64,000 nt of DNA from an uncultured Candidatus Rokubacteria bacterium (GTDB lineage Bacteria; Methylomirabilota; Methylomirabilia; Rokubacteriales; CSP1-6): positions 608,001 to 672,000 of the forward strand of contig CAVYTA010000006.1 in NCBI GenBank assembly GCA_963771355.1, given 5' to 3'. The notes under the pieces were generated by a model. The model had not been told where the DNA came from and searched no databases. It worked only from the letters and a program-made list of their open reading frames with translations. Within the stretch, counting starts at the first letter, position 1. Each line of letters starts with the position of its first letter. Positions 10,359 through 20,138 of this stretch are shown here, piece after piece. The position numbers were made by a program, and so were the translations under genes.

Positions 10359-12257
10359 GTGAGCACGGAACAGATTCCCGAGGTGGCGGCGGAGCACGAG
10401 GCGGCGCCCGCAGAGAAGATCACCGTCGGGCTTGACAGTCTGCAGGATACGATCGCGCGCCTGGCCAAGACCTTCGAGAATGCGCCCCGGCGGCGTGCCG
10501 CCGACCACCCCACCCGCCGCTATATCTCCAAGTTCGAGTACCTCGTCGAGCAGCGGCTGATCAGCCAGCAGGACCTGGACGCCGCCATCGCCGAGGCCAA
10601 GCGCGCCCAGAGCCAGGTCGACCTGATCCTGATGCAGGAGTATCAGATCAGCAAGGCGCAGATCGGCCAGTCCTCCTCGGTGTTCTACCGCGTGCCGTTC
10701 GTCGAGTTCGACGACCGGATCGTGGTTCCGCCGGACCTCATCCGGGACCTCAAGCTCGAGTACCTGAAGAAGAACTACTGGGTCCCCCTCAAGCGTGAGG
10801 GAGGCGCCGTCCTGGTGGTGGTGGACGATCCGCACGACCTCGCCAAGGTGGACAGCATCGAGCGGGCGCTGAAGAACCAGAAGGTCAAGCTCGCGGTTGG
10901 TTTCCGGAGCGACATCCTGCGCTTCCTCAGCGTCGCCAGTGGCGAGCAGGCGCCGAGGGCGGGGAGCTCGGAGTCGATCAAGGACATCCTCGGCACCCTC
11001 AAGGCGGAGGAGGACGCCACCGGCACCGACTCCCACGAAGTCGCCGAGGTCGATGAGAACGACAGCGCCATCGTGCGGCTGTCGGGTCAGGTCATCCTCG
11101 CCGCCTATCAGGCGCGCGCCTCCGACATCCACGTCGAGCCCTACGGTCCCCAGAAGGACACCATCATCCGGTTCCGCGTGGACGGCGGCTGCTCGGAGTA
11201 CATGAAGCTGCCCGGGGCTTTCCGGCGCCCGCTCGTCGCGCGGATCAAGATCATGGCCCGGCTCGACATCGCGGAGCGGCGGAAGCCCCAGGACGGCAAG
11301 ATCAAGGTCGCCCTCGGCGATCGGGAGATCGAGCTCCGGGTGGCGACCATCCCGACCGCGGGCGGGGACGAGGACGTGGTGATGCGGATCCTCGCCTCCA
11401 ACGAACCCATCCCCATCGACAAGCTCGGGATGAACGATCGCAATCTCGCGGAGATGAAGCGCATCTCGCAGCGGCCGTACGGGCTGATCCTCTGCGTGGG
11501 GCCGACCGGCTCCGGGAAGACCACCACGCTGCACTCCGTGCTGGGCTTCATCAACACGCCGGAGCGGAAGATCTGGACCGCCGAGGATCCCGTCGAGATC
11601 ACCCAGCACGGCCTCCGTCAGGTCCAGGTGAATCCGAAGATCGGGTTCGACTTCGCCAGCGCCATGCGCGCCTTCCTCCGGGCCGATCCCGACGTGATCA
11701 TGGTGGGCGAGATGCGCGACGAGGAGACGGCCTCGGTGGGCATCGAGGCCTCGCTCACCGGCCATATGGTGATGAGCACGCTGCACACCAACAGCGCCCC
11801 CGAGACCGTGGTCCGGCTGGTGGACATGGGCTGCGACCCCTTCAACTTCTCGGACGCCATGCTGGGGATCCTGGCCCAGCGCCTGGTCAAGCGCTTGTGC
11901 CCCGACTGCCGCGAGAGCTACGCGCCCACGCCGGAGCAGTACGAGGAGATCGTGCAGGCCTATGGTCCGGAGGAATGGGAGACGCTCGGCATCAAGTACG
12001 AGGGTGGCTTCCGGCTCTTCCGCGGACGCGGCTGCGACAAGTGCGGAAAGAGCGGCTACCGCGGGCGCGCGGCCATACACGAGCTGCTGGTGACGTCACC
12101 CGACATCAAGCGGCTGATCCAGACGCGCGCGCGCGCGACCGAGATCCTCGGGCACGCCAAGCAGGGGGGGATGACCACCCTCCTCCAGGACGGCATCATG
12201 AAGGCGATCGAGGGAGTCACCGACGTCAAGCAGGTCAAGGCCGTCGCGAACGCCTGA
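10359..12257 (+). CDS. GspE/PilB-family pilus assembly or secretion ATPase
   Basis: ASDIHVEP, LDIAERRKPQDG, GPTGSGKTTT, TAEDPVE, LRADPDVIMVGEMRD and tetracysteine CPDC..CDKC. Confidence 0.93.
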   Translation: MSTEQIPEVAAEHEAAPAEKITVGLDSLQDTIARLAKTFENAPRRRAADHPTRRYISKFEYLVEQRLISQQDLDAAIAEAKRAQSQVDLILMQEYQISKAQIGQSSSVFYRVPFVEFDDRIVVPPDLIRDLKLEYLKKNYWVPLKREGGAVLVVVDDPHDLAKVDSIERALKNQKVKLAVGFRSDILRFLSVASGEQAPRAGSSESIKDILGTLKAEEDATGTDSHEVAEVDENDSAIVRLSGQVILAAYQARASDIHVEPYGPQKDTIIRFRVDGGCSEYMKLPGAFRRPLVARIKIMARLDIAERRKPQDGKIKVALGDREIELRVATIPTAGGDEDVVMRILASNEPIPIDKLGMNDRNLAEMKRISQRPYGLILCVGPTGSGKTTTLHSVLGFINTPERKIWTAEDPVEITQHGLRQVQVNPKIGFDFASAMRAFLRADPDVIMVGEMRDEETASVGIEASLTGHMVMSTLHTNSAPETVVRLVDMGCDPFNFSDAMLGILAQRLVKRLCPDCRESYAPTPEQYEEIVQAYGPEEWETLGIKYEGGFRLFRGRGCDKCGKSGYRGRAAIHELLVTSPDIKRLIQTRARATEILGHAKQGGMTTLLQDGIMKAIEGVTDVKQVKAVANA

Positions 12258-12313
12258 TCGGCGGCGCGTCACGCGCAGGGAATGCACCCTCACCAACGGA
12301 AGGAGCGGATGTG

Positions 12314-12685
12314 ATGGCGAACAGCACGGAAGGGATGGCCTGGTCGGACACGCGAGTGAAGGTCACGAAGTGGATCGAGGACGGACAGTACCTCGTCGGG
12401 CTCATTCCCGCCCTGGTCGAGGAGAACGAGCGGCTCCGTACCTCGCTGGAAACCAGCGAGAAGGAGTTCGAGCGCCTGCGCCAGGAAGTGGCGACGCTCC
12501 GCGGCGAGAGCGAGAGCTATCGCACCGAGCGCGAGGACGTGGCAGACGCGCTGAACAAGTTCATGAACGAGATGCTCCAGCTCGTGAACGAAGTGGCGCA
12601 GAAGTTCCGCACTCCCTCGCAGCGGGCCAAGAGCCCCTTCGAGCGGGAGCAGCAGTCCGCCGCCCACCGGCCCCTGGTTCCCTAG
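12314..12685 (+). CDS. Small coiled-coil hypothetical protein
   Basis: AAGGAG SD before GTG/ATG; heptad-rich EENERLR..EFERLRQEVATLR. Confidence 0.75.
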   Translation: MANSTEGMAWSDTRVKVTKWIEDGQYLVGLIPALVEENERLRTSLETSEKEFERLRQEVATLRGESESYRTEREDVADALNKFMNEMLQLVNEVAQKFRTPSQRAKSPFEREQQSAAHRPLVP

Positions 12686-12749
12686 AGCGGCCCCACGCGG
12701 TGCCCGCCTCCGGGAGTCCTCGGCTCGAGCTCGCCTCGGGCCGGGGCCC

Positions 12750-14501
12750 TCACCGGGGGGCGGAGTCGAGCATTTGCAGGGCCGCCAGACGGCGGTAGAT
12801 CCCGTCCTCCCGCGCCATGAGGTCTTCGTGGCGCCCCACCTCGGCGATCCGACCCTCGTGCACCACCACCACGCGGTCCGCGTTGCGCACGGTGGACAGC
12901 CGGTGCGCGATGACCAGAACCGTGCGGCCCTTGGTGAGCTCGCTGAGCGCCTGCTGCACGAGGAACTCACTCTCCGCGTCGAGGTCGGAGGTGGCCTCGT
13001 CCAGGAGGAGGATGGGCGGGTCCTTCAGGAAGGCGCGGGCGATGGCGATGCGCTGGCGCTGCCCGCCGGAGAGCTTGACCCCCCGCTCGCCCACCGGGGT
13101 GGCATAGCCGGCGGGGAGGGCGGCGATGAAATCCTGGGCCTGGGCGAGCCGGGCCGCCCGCTCGATCTCCTCGCGGGTGGCCCCCGCCTTGCCGTAGGCG
13201 ATGTTGTAGGCGAGGGAGTCGTGGAAGAGGAAGGTCTCCTGGGTCACGATGCCCATGAGCGCGCGGAGCGAGGCCACCGTCACCTCGCGCACATCGTGCC
13301 CGTCCACGGTGAGGCGTCCCCCGGTGACGTCATGGAAGCGAGGCAGGAGGTCGAGGAGGGTGGTCTTGCCCGCGCCGGACATCCCCACGAAGGCGACCAT
13401 CTCGCCCTTGGAGACCGTGAGCGTGATGCCGGACAGCGTGTCCGATTCGCCGTCGGGGTAGCGGAACGAGACGTCCTCCAGCGCGATGGCATGCTGGAAG
13501 CCCTGGAGGACGTGGGCGCGCGGTGCGTTCGCGATGGCGTGCGGGGTGTCGAGGATCTCGAACACGCGCTCCACCGAGCCGCGGGACTGCTGGACGGTAT
13601 TGGCCATGCGCGAGAGCTGGCGCACCGGCCCGTAGAGCAGGATCACCGCGGTGGTGAAGGAGAAGAACTCGCCCGGGGTCAAGGCGCCCGCGATGACCTG
13701 ATAGCCGCCGTACCAGAGGGCGCCCATGATGCCGAGCGCGCCCAGCACCTCCATGAGGGGCTCCGAGAGCTGGTCCGTCCGGTGGTCCTTCAGCGCGAGG
13801 CGGAGCAGCTGATCGTTCACTCCGTCGAAGCGCTCCTGCTCGAGCGGCTCGCGGGAGAAGGCCTTCACGATCTTGGTGCCGGTGAAGGACTCCTGGAGCA
13901 CCACATTCAGCTCGGCCACCGTCTCCTGGGAGCGTTTGTTGATCTTGTAGAGCTTGCGTCCCAGCATGCGGACGGTGACGGCCACCGCGGGGAACACCGC
14001 CACCGCGATGAGGGCGAGCACCCATTCGCGCGCGAACATCACCACCAGGAGCGCGATGATGGTGCCCACCTGGCGGACCGCCATCACCAGGACGGTGGAG
14101 GACAGCCGCGCGAGGCGGTTCACGTCGGTGATGACGCGGGCCATCAGCTCGGCGGAGTGGAGCGACTTGAAGAAGGCCAGCGGCATGCCCTGGATGTGTC
14201 CGTAGAGCTCGCGGCGGATGCGGGCCACCACGCGCTCGCCCACCGACGCCATGAGATACGACTGGCCGAAGCGCCCGAAGCCCTTCAGGAGGTAGGCGCC
14301 GAGGAGCACCAGAGGGATGACCTTGAGCATCAGGAGGTCGCGCTTGATGAAAATCTCGTCCATGGCCGGCTTCACCAGCCAGGCGATGGACCCTTCCGCG
14401 GCCGACACCAGGAGGGCGAGCGCGGTGCCGGCGGCCAGGCTGGGCCAGTACGGCTTGAGATAGGGGAGGAGCCGGAGGAGCAGGCGATGTCGCGAGCGCA
14501 T
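12750..14501 (-). CDS. msbA: MsbA-like ABC exporter (permease plus ATPase)
   Basis: TM domain plus GMSGAGKTT, LSGGQRQRIAIAR and LLDEATS. Confidence 0.8.
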   Translation of the reverse strand: MRSRHRLLLRLLPYLKPYWPSLAAGTALALLVSAAEGSIAWLVKPAMDEIFIKRDLLMLKVIPLVLLGAYLLKGFGRFGQSYLMASVGERVVARIRRELYGHIQGMPLAFFKSLHSAELMARVITDVNRLARLSSTVLVMAVRQVGTIIALLVVMFAREWVLALIAVAVFPAVAVTVRMLGRKLYKINKRSQETVAELNVVLQESFTGTKIVKAFSREPLEQERFDGVNDQLLRLALKDHRTDQLSEPLMEVLGALGIMGALWYGGYQVIAGALTPGEFFSFTTAVILLYGPVRQLSRMANTVQQSRGSVERVFEILDTPHAIANAPRAHVLQGFQHAIALEDVSFRYPDGESDTLSGITLTVSKGEMVAFVGMSGAGKTTLLDLLPRFHDVTGGRLTVDGHDVREVTVASLRALMGIVTQETFLFHDSLAYNIAYGKAGATREEIERAARLAQAQDFIAALPAGYATPVGERGVKLSGGQRQRIAIARAFLKDPPILLLDEATSDLDAESEFLVQQALSELTKGRTVLVIAHRLSTVRNADRVVVVHEGRIAEVGRHEDLMAREDGIYRRLAALQMLDSAPR

Positions 14502-14503
14502 GG

Positions 14504-15616
14504 CTAGGCGCGCGCGCGCGCGGTGAGCAGCCGCGTGTAGAGGGCCTCGGTCCGGTCGAGCTTGGTGGCGAGGGAGAAGTGCGCCTCGACCCGCTTCCGT
14601 CCCGCCCGGGCCATGGCCTTCGCGCGGGCGGGATTGTCGAGCATGCGGAGAACGGCCTGGGCCAGCGCGTCGGGGTTGCGCGGGGGAACCAGGAAGCCGG
14701 TCTCACCGTCGACGATGAGCTCGGGCATGCCCTCGAGATCGGTGGCCACCACCGGGGTCTCCACCGCCAGCGCCTCCCGGATGGAGCCGGTGAGGCCGAG
14801 ACCGGCATAGGAGGCGTCCACCACGAGATCGCTGGCGGCGAGGATCTCCGGCACGTCCTCGCGATGCCCGAGCACCGTCACCACCCCCGCCAGCCCCCGG
14901 TCGCGCGCCTTCTCGCCGATGCTGACGACGCGCGCGGGCGGCGCGCCCACGAAGAGGAGGCGCGCCCCGGGGAGGGCGCGGTGCACGCGGACCATGGCGT
15001 CGAGTACGTCGTCGTTGCCGCGCCACGAGCGGATGCCGATCTGGGTCACCAGCGGCTGATCGGGCGAGAGCCCGAGCTCGCGCCGGATGGCCGTCCCATC
15101 CACCCCGGCATGGAAGCGGGTGAGATCGGTGCCGGAGTAGATGACCTCGATCTTGTCCGCGGGGACCCCGTGGGCCACCAGCCCCCGCTTGATGGACTCG
15201 CACACCGCCACCACCGCGGTGACCCGCGGCGTGATGTAGCCGTGGCGATTCCAGCGGTCCAGGGAGAAGCTCACCCCGCGATTGAGGACGAGCACGGGGA
15301 TGCGGACGAGGAGCCCGGCGAGGAGGGCAAGGGTGCGCGCCTTGCCCTTGTGGCAGTGCACGATCTCGATCTCGTGGGCGCGAATGAGTCGGGCGAGGCC
15401 CAGGATACCGCGATGGTCCACCGCGTGCCGCATCGACAGGGCGGCGTGGGGGATCCCGGCCGCCGCGCACTTCTCCGCCCACACGGGGCTCGACCGCGTG
15501 GCCACCACCACGTGATGGCCGCGCGCATGGAGCCCCCAGGCCAGCTCGCGCAGCTGGATGGCCGCTCCGGTGAAGTAGTCCGCCTTGGGGTAGAGCTGGA
15601 GTATCCGGAGCGGCGT
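14504..15616 (-). CDS. GT4 glycosyltransferase; GT4-like reading frame extends to an ACG at 15616
   Basis: N-terminus (T)PLRILQLYPKADYFTGAAIQLRELAWGLHARGHHVVV is typical of GT4; C-terminus EALAVETPVVATD..DGETGFLVPP. Confidence 0.85.
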   Translation of the reverse strand, partial: TPLRILQLYPKADYFTGAAIQLRELAWGLHARGHHVVVATRSSPVWAEKCAAAGIPHAALSMRHAVDHRGILGLARLIRAHEIEIVHCHKGKARTLALLAGLLVRIPVLVLNRGVSFSLDRWNRHGYITPRVTAVVAVCESIKRGLVAHGVPADKIEVIYSGTDLTRFHAGVDGTAIRRELGLSPDQPLVTQIGIRSWRGNDDVLDAMVRVHRALPGARLLFVGAPPARVVSIGEKARDRGLAGVVTVLGHREDVPEILAASDLVVDASYAGLGLTGSIREALAVETPVVATDLEGMPELIVDGETGFLVPPRNPDALAQAVLRMLDNPARAKAMARAGRKRVEAHFSLATKLDRTEALYTRLLTARARA

Positions 15617-15620
15617 GGCG

Positions 15621-16700
15621 TTACCTCCCGAAGAACTCGCTGATTGCCGCCGCCACCTCGTCCGCCTCCGCCTCGGTGTGGCCGGCGGAGATGGGCAGGG
15701 TGAGGATCTCGCGCACCAGCCGCTCGGTCACGGGCAGGGCGGGCGGCGCGAGCGATTCCACCGCCGGCTGCCGGTGACACGGGACCGGGTAGTGGATGCC
15801 GGTGGCGATGCCGCGCTCCTTCAGGTACTTCGCGAGCGCGTCTCGGCGGTCGGTCCGGATCACATAGAGGTGGTAGACGTGACGGGCCCCCGCGCGCTCC
15901 GAGGGCAGGCGCACCGGCAGCCCCGCGAGGCCGCGGGCATACCGCGCCGCCACGCGGTGGCGCTGCTCGTTCATGGCGTCGAGCCGGCGGAGGAGCACGC
16001 GGCCCACCGCGGCCTGGATGTCGTTGAAGCGCAGGTTGAAGCCGACCTCCGCGTGCACGTCCTTGTTGAGCCGGCCGTGGTCACGAAGCTGCCGGCACCG
16101 CGCCGCCACCGCATCGTCATTGGTCACCAGCAGGCCGCCGTCCCCCATCACGGTGAGATTCTTGGAGGGATAGAAGGAGAAGGCGGCGGCGCGGCCGAAG
16201 CCGCCCACCTTTCGGCCCTGCCACTCGGCGCCATGGGCCTGGGCGCAATCCTCGAGGAGCCACAGCCCGCGCTCGGCGCAGAGGGCCTGGATGGCGGGCA
16301 GGTCCGCGGGATGCCCATACAGGTGAACGGGCACGAAGCCGACGGTGCGCGGGGTGATCTTGGTGGCGGCGTCCCGCACGTCCACCGTGAAGGAATCGTC
16401 CACGTCCACGAACACCGGGGTGGCCCCCGCGAAGCAGATGGCCTCCACGGTGGGGAACGCCGTGTGGGAGGGCACCAGGATCTCGTCGCCGGGTCCCGCG
16501 CCGAAGGCCTTGACCAGCATCCACAGCGCGGCGGTGGCGCTAGAGGTCAGCACGGCATGCTTGGCGCCGTTGTAGACGGCGAACTCGTCCTCGAAGGCGC
16601 GGCACTCGGGACCGAGAATGTACTGGCGGGAGTCAACGGCCTTGAGGATCGCCCCCTTGATCTCGTCGTCGATGGGGGGGCGGGAGAGCGGGATGGACAT
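15621..16700 (-). CDS. DegT/DnrJ/EryC1/StrS sugar aminotransferase
   Basis: EDCAQAHGA and FSFYPSKNL (PLP lysine), GIHYPVPCH. Confidence 0.93.
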   Translation of the reverse strand: MSIPLSRPPIDDEIKGAILKAVDSRQYILGPECRAFEDEFAVYNGAKHAVLTSSATAALWMLVKAFGAGPGDEILVPSHTAFPTVEAICFAGATPVFVDVDDSFTVDVRDAATKITPRTVGFVPVHLYGHPADLPAIQALCAERGLWLLEDCAQAHGAEWQGRKVGGFGRAAAFSFYPSKNLTVMGDGGLLVTNDDAVAARCRQLRDHGRLNKDVHAEVGFNLRFNDIQAAVGRVLLRRLDAMNEQRHRVAARYARGLAGLPVRLPSERAGARHVYHLYVIRTDRRDALAKYLKERGIATGIHYPVPCHRQPAVESLAPPALPVTERLVREILTLPISAGHTEAEADEVAAAISEFFGR

Positions 16701-17206
16701 CAGAGCGATCCTCCTGGGGAGCTGAGCTGACGATATCGCCCCCGGTAGTAGAGCAGCGGCTCGACCCCATCGCCGTCGCGGCTCGCCCCGGCCTCGATCT
16801 GGCCGACGAAGATGGTGTGGTCACCGCCCGGATAGGCGTGGACGGTGGTGCACTCGAGGTGGGCCAGCGCATCGTCGAGGATGGGCAGCCCGAGGACGCC
16901 CGACTTGTGTCCCACCCCCGCGAACTTCTCGGCCGCGCTCGAGCTCTTGGTGGCGAAGCGGTTGGACAGGGACTCCTGGCCCCCGCCGAGGATGTTCACC
17001 GCGAACCGGTCCGCGCCCCGCAGGGTCTCGTAGCTCTGCGCGTTCTGCGCCACGCAGACCAGGATCATGGGCGGGTGGAGGGACACGGAAGTGAAGGCGC
17101 TGGCGGTGAGACCGGCCGGGCGGCCCTGCGAATCTCGGGTCGTCACCACGGTCACGCCACTGGCGAAGTGACTGAGCAGGCGCCGGAATTCGTCGGGGCC
17201 GATCAC
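16700..17206 (-). CDS. Flavin reductase-like protein
   Basis: FASGVTVVT, TASAFTSVSLHPP, GGDHTIFVG and PLLYYRG. Confidence 0.92.
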   Translation of the reverse strand: MIGPDEFRRLLSHFASGVTVVTTRDSQGRPAGLTASAFTSVSLHPPMILVCVAQNAQSYETLRGADRFAVNILGGGQESLSNRFATKSSSAAEKFAGVGHKSGVLGLPILDDALAHLECTTVHAYPGGDHTIFVGQIEAGASRDGDGVEPLLYYRGRYRQLSSPGGSL

Positions 17207-17282
17207 GTTGCTTTTCTAGCAGGTCCCGGCCGATTTTTCAACTTCGCCGGGGGCTTGGACCGCATCCGGAAGCCCCGTCGCC

Positions 17283-17311
17283 TTGACGCTCCCCATGCTT
17301 CCCCCTATACT
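17283..17311 (+). promoter_or_regulatory. Sigma70-type promoter for the mrp operon
   Basis: TTGACG-N17-TATACT. Confidence 0.7.
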
Positions 17312-17383
17312 CGACCTCGAAGTGCGAGTCCACGATCCCCTGACCATCTTCCCGAGCCCGCCCGCGGGCGTGGTGTCGACTCC

Positions 17384-18520
17384 ATGACCCCCGCCGGCGG
17401 GCCTGCGGTGACCGAGGCCGCGGTGCTGGGAGCCCTCCGCTCGGTGACGGATCCCGACGGCGGCAAGGACGTCGTCTCGCTGGGTCTCGTGCAGGACCTT
17501 CGGATCACGGACAGCGAGGTCTCCTTCACGCTGGCCTTCACGGGCCAGACTCCCCAGACCAAGGTGGCACTGCACAGCGGCGCGTCCAAGGCGGTGGGCC
17601 AGATTCCCGGAGTCGGCCGGGTCAGCGTGAAGATGGGCTCGGGGGCGGCGCCCCACGCGCACGCGCATGGGCATGCCGCGCAGCCGGCGCGTCCGGCGGC
17701 GCCGCCGGGACCCGCCGCGCGCTCGCCCGAGTTCATCCCCGAGGTCAAGCACACGGTGGCGGTCTCGTCCGGCAAGGGCGGGGTGGGTAAATCGACGGTG
17801 GCGGTGAACCTGGCGCTTGCGCTCAGTCGCGGCGGTGCTGCCACCGGCCTGGTGGACGTGGACGTGTACGGGCCCGACGTGCCGCTGATGATGGGCGCCA
17901 AGGGCCGCCCCGGGATGTTCGACAACCGCATCATCCCGGTCGAGGTGCACGGCGTGAAGATCATGTCCATCGGCCTCCTGGTGGACGAGCGGGAGGCGCT
18001 GGTGTGGCGCGGGCCCATGATCCACTCCGCCGTCCAGCAATTCCTCCGGGACGTGGCCTGGGGCCCGCTGGACTACCTGGTCTTCGACATGCCGCCGGGT
18101 ACCGGCGACGCCCAGCTCTCGCTCTCGCAGATCATCCCGCTGTCGGGGGTGGTGATGGTGACCACGCCCCAGGACGTGGCGCTCCTCGACGTGCGCAAGG
18201 GTCTGGCCATGTTCCGCAAGCTCAATGTGCCCATCCTGGGCGTGGTGGAGAACATGAGCTACTTCGTGGCTCCGGACACCGGCGCCCGCTACCCGATCTT
18301 CGGGGAGGGCGGGGGGGCCCGCATCGCGGAGGAGTTCGGGGTGCCGCTGCTGGGGCAGATCCCGCTGGAGATGGAAACGCGCCGCGGCGGGGACGCCGGC
18401 ATCCCCATCGTGGTCGGACAGCCGGACTCGTCACAGGCCGCCGCCTTCCGCGCCATCGCGGGCGCGGTGACGGAGCGCGTCCGGGCGCTCGCGGGTCTCC
18501 AGCTCCCGAAACTGGGCTAG
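17384..18520 (+). CDS. mrp: Mrp/NBP35 (ApbC) Fe-S cluster carrier ATPase
   Basis: N-terminal DUF59-like domain, His-rich linker, SGKGGVGKST, WRGPM, DMPPGTGD and ENMS. Confidence 0.93.
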   Translation: MTPAGGPAVTEAAVLGALRSVTDPDGGKDVVSLGLVQDLRITDSEVSFTLAFTGQTPQTKVALHSGASKAVGQIPGVGRVSVKMGSGAAPHAHAHGHAAQPARPAAPPGPAARSPEFIPEVKHTVAVSSGKGGVGKSTVAVNLALALSRGGAATGLVDVDVYGPDVPLMMGAKGRPGMFDNRIIPVEVHGVKIMSIGLLVDEREALVWRGPMIHSAVQQFLRDVAWGPLDYLVFDMPPGTGDAQLSLSQIIPLSGVVMVTTPQDVALLDVRKGLAMFRKLNVPILGVVENMSYFVAPDTGARYPIFGEGGGARIAEEFGVPLLGQIPLEMETRRGGDAGIPIVVGQPDSSQAAAFRAIAGAVTERVRALAGLQLPKLG

Positions 18521-18528
18521 TCGTCGCG

Positions 18529-19155
18529 GTGGCCACCCGGCACTACGTCCCGATCTTTCCGCTCCCCGACCTCGCCTTGTTCCCGAATACCCTGCTGCCG
18601 CTTCACATCTTCGAGCCGCGCTATCGCGCCATGGTCACCGACTCGCTGGCGCGCGATCGGCGTCTGGCCATCGTGGGGCTCAAGCCGGGCTACGAAGGCG
18701 ACTACGCGGGCCGTCCCGCCGTGCACGAGGTGGCGGGGCTGGGGCGCATCGTCAAGTGCGAGCGGATGGCCACCGGCCGCTTCAACATCCTGCTCAAGGG
18801 CGAGATGCGCGTGCGAATCGAGCGCGAGCTGCCCTCCGACACGCTGTACCGCCTGGCGCAGTCAGTGGAGCTCCCGGATGCGGGCGCCGAGCGCGACGCC
18901 GTGCCCTCCCTGCTCGACGAGGTCAAGCGCGCCTGCCGCCGGATCCTGGAGGCGGTGCGGCGGGCGACGCCCGAGATGGAGGAGACGCTGGCCGCCGCCG
19001 CCGCGCCGGGGATCCTGTGCGATCAGGTGGCCTCGGCGGTGATCCCGTCACCGGCGGTGCGTCAGGCGCTCCTGGAGGAGCTCGACGTGGAGCGGCGCCT
19101 GCGCCGCCTGCTGGCCGAGCTCGAGGATCTCCTCCAGCAGCTGAAGGGAACCTGA
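18529..19155 (+). CDS. LON peptidase substrate-binding-domain-only protein
   Basis: PIFPLPDLALFPNTLLPLHIFEPRYRAMV. Confidence 0.9.
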   Translation: MATRHYVPIFPLPDLALFPNTLLPLHIFEPRYRAMVTDSLARDRRLAIVGLKPGYEGDYAGRPAVHEVAGLGRIVKCERMATGRFNILLKGEMRVRIERELPSDTLYRLAQSVELPDAGAERDAVPSLLDEVKRACRRILEAVRRATPEMEETLAAAAAPGILCDQVASAVIPSPAVRQALLEELDVERRLRRLLAELEDLLQQLKGT

Positions 19156-19157
19156 GG

Positions 19158-19874
19158 ATGCGGCGGCCCGCCGGCGTCCTCCTGCTGGCCATGTTCCTGG
19201 CCGTGGTTGTGTGCGTCGTCCTGGCCCCGGCCGGCGCCGCCACGGGGCGGTGGGGCTGGCTGGGCGTGCGGGTGCGCGACCTCTCGGAGCAGGAGATGGC
19301 GGAGATCTCCACTCGTCACGGCATCCGCGAGGGCTTCGGCGCCATGATCGTGGAGGTGCTCCGCGAGACGCCGGCGGAGTCCTCGGGGCTGCGGAGCGGG
19401 GACCTCCTGGTCGCGTTTCGCGACCTCCCGGTGGTGGACACCCGCTCGCTGCTCCGCGTGATCGCGAGCGCGCCGGTGGGAGACACCGTGTCCCTCACCG
19501 TGCTGCGCCTGGGCGAGGGGCGGCGGCGTGTCTCGGTTCGCCTGGGGGCGATGCCGGAGCCGGTGGTCGCCGACCGCGTGGCGGCGGAGTTCGGGCTCTT
19601 CGTGCGGGAGCCCGAGCCCCAGGCCGAACTCGGCGGGGCGCGTCCGTCGGTGGTCCCCGCCGTGTCGGGCGTGCTCCCTGGGAGCCGGGCCGCGCGCGCC
19701 GGGGTCAAGGTCGGTGACGTGCTGGTGGAGGTCAACGGCCGCGCGGTGGTGACCTATGAGGCCCTGCGCGCGGCGCTCCTCTCCGTTCCCGCCGAAGGCC
19801 CGCTGGCCCTGGTGCTCCGTCGCGACGGCGAGCGCCTGAGCGTGACGCTCGAGGGCGGCATCCTGAACCGCTAG
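19158..19874 (+). CDS. Secreted tandem-PDZ protein (HtrA-like PDZ domains, no protease domain)
   Basis: Signal peptide; GWLGVRVRD, PAESSGLRSGD and SRAARAGVKVGDVLVEVNG. Confidence 0.85.
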   Translation: MRRPAGVLLLAMFLAVVVCVVLAPAGAATGRWGWLGVRVRDLSEQEMAEISTRHGIREGFGAMIVEVLRETPAESSGLRSGDLLVAFRDLPVVDTRSLLRVIASAPVGDTVSLTVLRLGEGRRRVSVRLGAMPEPVVADRVAAEFGLFVREPEPQAELGGARPSVVPAVSGVLPGSRAARAGVKVGDVLVEVNGRAVVTYEALRAALLSVPAEGPLALVLRRDGERLSVTLEGGILNR

Positions 19875-19886
19875 TGCCAGGGACGG

Positions 19887-20105
19887 GTGGTGGCGGCCCG
19901 GCACAGCAGCAAGCCGCGCTATCTCATCTGGAGCCTGCATCACCTGTTCGCCGACGGGTCGGGCCGCGCCGCCGCCGCCGGGCGCACGGTGGTGGACAGC
20001 CGCCTGGGCAAGGGCGCGCTGAAGCTGGGGCTGGAGATCACGCTGCCGCTGGCGCGCGGGCTCGGCCTCGGCGAGGTCGTGCGGTACAGCATCGTCTGCG
20101 CCTGA
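19887..20105 (+). pseudogene. 72-codon ORF, possibly the C-terminal remnant of a larger gene
   Basis: Coding-like GC-rich codon usage, no clear SD, appears to begin mid-domain. Confidence 0.35.
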
Positions 20106-20138
20106 TCGCCCGTCGCCGCCGGGTATAATGGCGACGGC

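Noticed and set aside
19872..19886. Possible TAG readthrough (pyrrolysine) fusing the PDZ gene to the 72-aa ORF
   Set aside because: The PDZ protein ends naturally; no pyl genes or other support in the window; same-frame adjacency has a one-in-three chance
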